NCBI GenBank assembly: GCA_965263355.1
Contig: CBDHHL010000007.1
Span: forward strand, 1-13,179
Length of the DNA stretch: 13,179 nt
DNA from: Leptolyngbyaceae cyanobacterium
GTDB lineage: Bacteria; Cyanobacteriota; Cyanobacteriia; Phormidesmidales; Phormidesmidaceae
Direction: 5' to 3'
The notes beneath the pieces are model-generated. The model was not told the DNA's origin. It saw nothing but the letters and a program-made list of their open reading frames with translations, and made no database searches. The translations under genes were made by a program, and so were the position numbers. Within the stretch, counting starts at the first letter, position 1, and each line of letters starts with the position of its first letter. Positions 9,072 through 13,179 of this stretch are shown piece by piece.

Positions 9072-9391
9072 TTGTGGCGACAACAGCAGTAGCATCATGC
9101 GTATTTACTGACGATGGAACGACCATCACTGAACTTTTCCTAAATGGCATCAGTTCAGGGGGCATCGTGAGGGAAGCGACAGGCCGATGGTTAATCACTT
9201 TAGATTCAGCTCAAGCATCAGCTGATTATCCGTGCTTTGCTAATGCGGATCCATCGTCAGGGGTTTCGTTAAACTATGCTCATGGCGCTCAATCGATAAG
9301 TTCAACAACATTTCGAGTTTGGCGAGAGTCTAGCGGGGGTGCAGGAGCAGACCCAAACATCCAAAAAGTTAGTTGTATAGTTTTAGGTTAA
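8761..9391 (+). repeat. Tandem duplication of about 311 bp (8761-9071 vs 9081-9391, offset 320)
   Basis: Gap-free manual alignment gives about 72% nt identity and about 73% aa identity (74/102). The stop codons align. Confidence 0.95.
9074..9391 (+). CDS. Stand-alone paralogue of the hub C-terminal fibre-tip domain (about 105 aa)
   Basis: Intact ORF with many synonymous differences from copy 1. Start is either GTG 9074 (GGGGGT upstream as SD) or TTG 9062. Confidence 0.8.
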   Translation: MATTAVASCVFTDDGTTITELFLNGISSGGIVREATGRWLITLDSAQASADYPCFANADPSSGVSLNYAHGAQSISSTTFRVWRESSGGAGADPNIQKVSCIVLG

Positions 9392-9394
9392 GTC

Positions 9395-9766
9395 ATGCCA
9401 ACTTCAACAATTGATACAGATACTCGAAACGCTGCATTACAAGCAGCAAACACTGAGCTAAATGACGGTGGGGGCGCTAACTCCACTTACGAATACGGGA
9501 CCACTGGCTTTGGCACTGTGCTTGTAGTTTGGAATCTGGATGGAACGAACCCATTTACTACAGCTGGCAGCACAACAGCCGGAACAGCCGAATTAACAGG
9601 GCAGCCGATTAGTGCGACAGCATCAGCCACTGGGACAGCTGCTGAGTATAGAATTAAAGATAAAGATGGAACCGTAAGAAGATCAGGCACTTTAGACGCT
9701 ACCCAATCAATTACTAGTGGGATTAATTATCTCCTTTCTGCTACGTCTGTAATGCCAGCTAGTTAG
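9395..9766 (+). CDS. Small beta-sandwich virion/fibre protein (123 aa)
   Basis: The pattern RNAAL..A ... ASATGTAAEYRIKDKDGTVRRSG ... QSITSG resembles a widespread family of small phage structural proteins found in tail-fibre regions. Thr/Ala/Gly-rich. Confidence 0.65.
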   Translation: MPTSTIDTDTRNAALQAANTELNDGGGANSTYEYGTTGFGTVLVVWNLDGTNPFTTAGSTTAGTAELTGQPISATASATGTAAEYRIKDKDGTVRRSGTLDATQSITSGINYLLSATSVMPAS

Positions 9767-9768
9767 CC

Positions 9769-10137
9769 ATGACCGTCCTAACCCAAAGATTAGCCAGCAA
9801 AAATAAACAGCGCACGACTCAACGCATTCAATCTCAAATGGTTGAAGCAAGAATCGGTGCTGCAACTATTACTGGCACGGTGTCGGGTAGCAGCGCTGAA
9901 GGAATCACACTTAGAACAGAATCAGGTGGTTCTCTCACAGTTCCTAGGTCTACTGTTCAAAAACTTTCACGGCAACCAGCGATCGGGCAGTCTCGGCAGT
10001 TATCGACCGGGGGGCAGCTAGAACTATTAGGCAGCAGTACGGAAACGGTTAACCAGCCTGTCAGTCAAACTCAACCGCAAGTTAGATATCCTCTTAGGCC
10101 GCCTACTCAGGGCAGCAGATTTGGGGGCCAACGGTGA
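9769..10137 (+). CDS. N-terminal part of putative tail spike/fibre protein
   Basis: N-terminal helix followed by a small beta-barrel-like segment (ITGTVSGSSAEGITLRTESGGSLTV...PAIGQ). Overlaps the next ORF, which is in the +1 frame. Confidence 0.6.
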   Translation: MTVLTQRLASKNKQRTTQRIQSQMVEARIGAATITGTVSGSSAEGITLRTESGGSLTVPRSTVQKLSRQPAIGQSRQLSTGGQLELLGSSTETVNQPVSQTQPQVRYPLRPPTQGSRFGGQR

Positions 10138-10762
10138 CTTGTGGCTTGAGCAAACTGGCATTCAGGGCAACTTTAACGAAGCTAATGCTTATGTTTGGAT
10201 ACAAAAAATTGGCCAGTTTGTAAAGCTGGCTTCCGGCGGAGTAGTTGTCGCATTTGAACCCAATGGCCCGATCTCGTCAGGAACAGTCAATGGCCAGCTG
10301 CACTACAACACGACTGATAATTCTTTATCTATTTACGACCAAGCTGCTGATGTGTGGCGGACTATTAGTAGTGGCGGCGGCGCAACTATTAACTATGTTG
10401 CAGGGGCACCCCCTACGCCAGCTCCACCAGGCACTGTTAATGGGGAAGGGCATCACGATACTGTGGTTGATCGCTTGTGGACGTATGATCTAGCTAATAC
10501 GACCTGGCGGGCTTCCGGTTCAAAAACCTTCTTCCAGGGTGTTCCGTCATCTGATCCGAACTCTTTTATTAGGGGAGATCGCGTTACTACTTACGAAGTC
10601 GTGGGAGGTGTTACGTCTCCCTGTGACTATATTTGGTCGGAAACACAATCAGATTGGTTGTTAGTGTCTTGTTGCCCGAATTGTCCGGATGACTTCTTTA
10701 ATAGTCAATGCGACGATGACGAAGGGTTTAACGGAAATCTTTGTTCTCCACTGCCGCCCTAA
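10121..10762 (+). CDS. C-terminal part of putative tail fibre protein with repeated fibre motifs and a Cys-rich tip
   Basis: Repeats GANGDLW..., GTVNGQLHYNTTDNSLSIYD....W and GTVNGEGHHDTVVDRLWTYD....W. Ends CCPNCP...QC...LC. Only a weak TTG start is available. Confidence 0.65.
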   Translation: MGANGDLWLEQTGIQGNFNEANAYVWIQKIGQFVKLASGGVVVAFEPNGPISSGTVNGQLHYNTTDNSLSIYDQAADVWRTISSGGGATINYVAGAPPTPAPPGTVNGEGHHDTVVDRLWTYDLANTTWRASGSKTFFQGVPSSDPNSFIRGDRVTTYEVVGGVTSPCDYIWSETQSDWLLVSCCPNCPDDFFNSQCDDDEGFNGNLCSPLPP

Positions 10763-10765
10763 ATT

Positions 10766-11665
10766 ATGCAACTTTATTCTCAATTTCCTCCTGACAAACT
10801 GACTACTCAACAAGTAATCAGAAACAATGGCATCAAGCCTGTGATCTCGGCTGATTTCAGAAAGATCTATGGCCTTTCAATCGTTGCTGATGTTGGCGTT
10901 TTTGGCACTAACCCAGACTTCAGTGAGTTGGACAAACAACTTGATCAGGCTGCGGGCTTAGACATTCATATTCACCCAATTGTCTGTCGCTATCCTGAGC
11001 TAAAAGGCCGCGACTCGTTAACATTGAAAGGCCATGTCAACAACCTAGCCCGCCCAATCGTTAATCACTGTGTCAGTCGAGGCGCTAAAAAAATAACCTT
11101 GGCAGGCGAGCTAACCCTATGTGGTGACACCGATCTTTGGGCAGAGATAATTGCCTTTTACAATGCCATCCATGCTGACTATCCAGAGCTTGAACTTTGG
11201 ATTTCATCGCATAGAATCCGTCAGCAAGGCGATCGCGATAGTATCCTAACTCGGCTGGAAGACTTACAGGGCATTGCCTCAGGATTTATCGGGGCTGACT
11301 ATATTAGCCTGTATCAGGCAAAACCTGAAATCCCTGAGCAGGTTGGCCCTGTGCAATGGATGAAGATATCAGCCATGGGGTCAGTTTCGCTAATGCGATT
11401 GAGTTATTTGCCCCCATTCTGGCGAGAACTGCAAAGCGCTGGGCTTAAGGTTGCGTTTGAAACGTCAGCGCTGTCTACAGTTGACTTGCCAATTGTCAGA
11501 AAGGCGCAAATACAGATATATAGAGAAATCAGCGCCAAATGCGAACATCATGGCGCTGATTTGTGGCTTTGGAATGCTTGCGAGCAAAGTTCTCGCGACC
11601 ACCAGGGCAACCATAGTTTCTCTGGGGTCTGGGACGAGGCTGGGAACATGCGGTTAAGCATCTAG
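10766..11665 (+). CDS. Divergent GH10-like (clan GH-A TIM-barrel) glycoside hydrolase (299 aa)
   Basis: GH10-like motifs occur in order: DFSELD, IHIHPIV, ITLAGE (E115), AFYNAIHADYPELELWI, GLKVAFET (E232), AQIQIY...C, LWLWNACEQSS, GVWDEAGNMR. Confidence 0.6.
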   Translation: MQLYSQFPPDKLTTQQVIRNNGIKPVISADFRKIYGLSIVADVGVFGTNPDFSELDKQLDQAAGLDIHIHPIVCRYPELKGRDSLTLKGHVNNLARPIVNHCVSRGAKKITLAGELTLCGDTDLWAEIIAFYNAIHADYPELELWISSHRIRQQGDRDSILTRLEDLQGIASGFIGADYISLYQAKPEIPEQVGPVQWMKISAMGSVSLMRLSYLPPFWRELQSAGLKVAFETSALSTVDLPIVRKAQIQIYREISAKCEHHGADLWLWNACEQSSRDHQGNHSFSGVWDEAGNMRLSI

Positions 11666-11958
11666 GTTAGTCGCCTTAGTCCAAAAATGCGAAGCAATTC
11701 CTTCCACCTCGTTTTCTGTTGTTACCAACAAAGAGAAGCTGCCGTTTGGCATTTTATATTTGCGACCATTCCCTTCCCATTCAATAAATTGAGGCAAAAC
11801 ACTATTTTCTGATGCGGCATCAAGAATTTCATTAAGCTGATAGCTGATTTGGTCTTCTAAAGTGAACATTTCCATCTTTCTTCGGCTCCTTGCTTTAACT
11901 GATTCAGTGTTGCTCTGGGGTCTGGGACGATCTCGGGAACATGAGACTGAGTATCTAG
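11620..11958 (+). repeat. 46-bp imperfect direct repeat (11620-11665 and 11913-11958), a duplicated 3' end of the hydrolase gene
   Basis: The first 18 bp are identical (CTCTGGGGTCTGGGACGA). The copies translate SGVWDEAGNMRLSI* and SGVWDDLGNMRLSI*. Confidence 0.95.
11654..11875 (-). CDS. Hypothetical protein (73 aa)
   Basis: ATG preceded by the SD-containing leader AAGGAGCCGAAGAAAG. Overlaps the hydrolase 3' end tail-to-tail by 12 bp. Confidence 0.75.
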   Translation of the reverse strand: MEMFTLEDQISYQLNEILDAASENSVLPQFIEWEGNGRKYKMPNGSFSLLVTTENEVEGIASHFWTKATNLDA

Positions 11959-11964
11959 AAATAT

Positions 11965-12192
11965 CTAAAAATTGTATCGCTGGATTGCTGTGCTTTCGTA
12001 GCTGCCAACAGAGAAATGTGATCCTTCGTAGACGGCTGTAAGCCGTCTTTCTGCTGGATCGCAGAACGAAACCAAAGTTGCGAACTCAGAGTCCGTAAGC
12101 TCCATAAAGTTCTCATAAAACACCCACCTCTTATCGAGCCCAGCCCGAGAGAGATAGGCTTGCTTGTCTGTTTCCCATGATTGAGTAGTCAT
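11965..12192 (-). CDS. Hypothetical protein (75 aa, MTTQS...)
   Basis: Leader AAGGAGCCGAAAAGC-ATG. Its stop lies 6 bp from the stop of the relic hydrolase end. Confidence 0.8.
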   Translation of the reverse strand: MTTQSWETDKQAYLSRAGLDKRWVFYENFMELTDSEFATLVSFCDPAERRLTAVYEGSHFSVGSYESTAIQRYNF

Positions 12193-12213
12193 GCTTTTCG
12201 GCTCCTTATTTTT

Positions 12214-12423
12214 TTAATTCAACTCACTAAGTTCAAACGCGAAACCATCATTTACCCTATACTTGATTAGCTCGGGCTCTCCCGTTGTGCCTGCTGCAAC
12301 GTCGGCAAGGTACAAATACCATTCGCCATCACTATAGATGGCGTCAATCTGCCAAGACTGACAATGGAAGTAAGTGACAGCTGCGCGGGTGATGCGGCAT
12401 TGCAATTCATTATCCATAATCAT
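12214..12423 (-). CDS. Hypothetical protein (about 67-69 aa)
   Basis: TAAGGA (upstream stop plus SD) precedes ATG at 12423 or 12417. This start is preferred over the listed one at 12495, which would overlap the upstream gene. Confidence 0.7.
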   Translation of the reverse strand: MIMDNELQCRITRAAVTYFHCQSWQIDAIYSDGEWYLYLADVAAGTTGEPELIKYRVNDGFAFELSELN

Positions 12424-12430
12424 ATGTTCC

Positions 12431-12697
12431 TTACAGGTATCTATAGGTTTTTGCAGTAATGCACCCAGGCGCGTTGGAGCAAATGCAAAAAACAACGACC
12501 GGCTCAGGCTCTAAATCCCCTGGCTGTCCATAGGACAGTTCAACCCAGGATTCATATCCATATTCGCCGTCTGTATCAGGTACATTTTCCCAGTCTGTAT
12601 CGGCCACAAGCCGTTCAATACTGGAAATCATTGAATCTATATGTTTTTCCTCAGAAAAATATTGTCTTGCTTCCAAAACTAATGATTGAGTAGTCAT
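12431..12697 (-). CDS. Hypothetical protein (88 aa, MTTQS..., acidic)
   Basis: Leader AAGGAGCCGGGAA-ATG. First gene downstream of the predicted promoter. Confidence 0.8.
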   Translation of the reverse strand: MTTQSLVLEARQYFSEEKHIDSMISSIERLVADTDWENVPDTDGEYGYESWVELSYGQPGDLEPEPVVVFCICSNAPGCITAKTYRYL

Positions 12698-12726
12698 TTC
12701 CCGGCTCCTTCGCCTTAACTGTTTTA

Positions 12727-12756
12727 ACGATAACCTCTAAAGGTTATTGTCGTCAA
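12727..12756 (-). promoter_or_regulatory. Sigma70-type promoter with palindromic operator in the spacer
   Basis: On the - strand: TTGACG (12756-12751), N18, TATCGT (12732-12727). Inverted repeat ATAACCT-ctaa-AGGTTAT at 12730-12747. Confidence 0.7.
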
Positions 12757-12940
12757 TGGGAACTTTAACTTTTTTTGAGATGACTAGTTCTCCTTTCCAT
12801 ATTTTCGTCAAGAAAACCCCTAAGCTTGGCTGCCCATTGTATAGGCAGTCAAGGTTTCTGAGTACTTCCTTGAGACCTTCTCTAGCTTCTTCTGGCAGCG
12901 AGCACCCCCACTGGGCGACGCCTATTTTTTTTCTTGGCAT
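12737..12940 (-). CDS. Putative ribbon-helix-helix-like transcriptional regulator (67 aa)
   Basis: Basic N-terminus MPRKK, short strand (WGCSL), helix PEEAREGLKEVL, second helix SLGVFLTKIWKGEL. SD GAGGA lies 6 nt upstream of the ATG. Confidence 0.55.
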   Translation of the reverse strand: MPRKKIGVAQWGCSLPEEAREGLKEVLRNLDCLYNGQPSLGVFLTKIWKGELVISKKVKVPIDDNNL

Positions 12941-12991
12941 GGCTTATTCCTCTAAAGGTTACAGCCCACCCTAGCACAGTTTAACTTGCGG

Positions 12992-13011
12992 TTGGAAGAG
13001 CCCTCTTCCAA
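12992..13011. promoter_or_regulatory. Palindrome TTGGAAGAG-cc-CTCTTCCAA, putative protein-binding site
   Basis: Perfect 9-bp arms with a 2-bp centre, in the divergent intergenic region. Confidence 0.5.
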
Positions 13012-13032
13012 GTCAAATTAATCCGCAATCGC

Positions 13033-13076
13033 TTGACGGCATCATCTTGATTGTTTATGATGTAATCAAGTTGATG
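13033..13076 (+). promoter_or_regulatory. Near-consensus sigma70-type promoter with inverted repeat around the -10
   Basis: TTGACG (13033-13038), N17, TATGAT (13056-13061). Arms CATCATCTTGATT (13040-13052) and AATCAAGTTGATG (13064-13076) have 1 mismatch. Confidence 0.7.
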
Positions 13077-13086
13077 AGGAAGATTT

Positions 13087-13179
13087 ATGAGAGTTTCGTT
13101 TGACCAAGACCGCATCTACATCGAAGACCAACAAGGTCGTTTGCTGAACGCCCTGATTCGTTTCTGCTCTATTGATGAT
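13087..13179 (+). CDS. Hypothetical protein, 3'-truncated (MRVSFDQDRIYIEDQQGRLLNALIRFCSIDD...)
   Basis: GAGGA at 13076-13080, ATG at 13087, and the frame is open to the window end, downstream of the predicted promoter. Not in the supplied ORF track. Confidence 0.65.
   Translation, partial: MRVSFDQDRIYIEDQQGRLLNALIRFCSIDD

Larger units (their letters stand above)
1..13179. mobile_element. Siphovirus-like phage/prophage tail module plus accessory/regulatory region (extends beyond the window)
   Basis: Canonical order of tube, chaperone G/GT, tape measure, Dit, hub and fibre genes. Stop/start overlaps occur at TAGTG 463-467 and 1461-1465, TAATG 5933-5937 and ATGA 6423-6426. No sheath or baseplate-wedge genes are seen. 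HIP1 enrichment suggests a cyanobacterial host. Confidence 0.9.

Noticed and set aside
8761..9391. DGR template/variable repeat pair
   Set aside because: Mismatches involve all four bases in both copies and are mostly third-position, not adenine-specific. No reverse transcriptase is present in the window.
416..11657. Listed short ORFs antisense or out-of-frame within the tail genes (e.g. 416-622, 974-1267, 1468-1725, 2946-3212, 8488-8763, 10245-10493, 11451-11657)
   Set aside because: They are fully or largely nested in a coherent, translationally coupled operon, with no independent SD or motif support. They are shadow ORFs.
1..11665. Contractile tail, eCIS or tailocin interpretation
   Set aside because: No sheath, baseplate wedge or AAA+ genes are seen. 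The long TMP followed by Dit-like and hub-like genes fits a non-contractile tail. Whether a capsid module exists cannot be seen in this window.
2031..12383. Frequent CAGCTG hexamer (about 16 copies) as a possible alternative iterated palindrome
   Set aside because: Most copies fall in xCA-GCT-G codon contexts in Ala-rich proteins. Without a codon-aware null model the excess cannot be supported.
12747..12974. + strand 75-aa ORF
   Set aside because: It is antisense to the better-supported RHH-like gene, which has an SD and operator context.

Overview
This window is the tail module and right-hand accessory/regulatory end of a temperate, siphovirus-like phage or prophage. A cyanobacterial host is likely, because there are at least 7 perfect HIP1 GCGATCGC octamers. 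Bases 1-11665 form a tightly coupled + strand late operon: 3' part of a probable tail tube gene, a small unknown ORF, a tail assembly chaperone pair joined by a -1 slippery site (G GGA AAC, 1041-1047), a 1490-aa tape measure protein, a Dit-like protein, an 882-aa hub/tip protein ending in five 19-23-aa repeats plus a terminal domain that is duplicated as the next ORF, a small beta-rich virion protein, a spike/fibre gene split by a +1 frame break, and a divergent GH10-like (clan GH-A) hydrolase. Bases 11654-12940 hold a convergent - strand array of small ORFs. Three of these share a leader (AAGGAGCCG), and one is bracketed by two diverged copies of the hydrolase 3' end. The array sits under an operator-containing sigma70-type promoter next to an RHH-like gene. 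A divergent promoter and a partial + strand ORF close the window. No integrase, lysis, capsid, sheath, RT or cas genes are visible. All product calls rest on motif recognition and gene order, not database searches.
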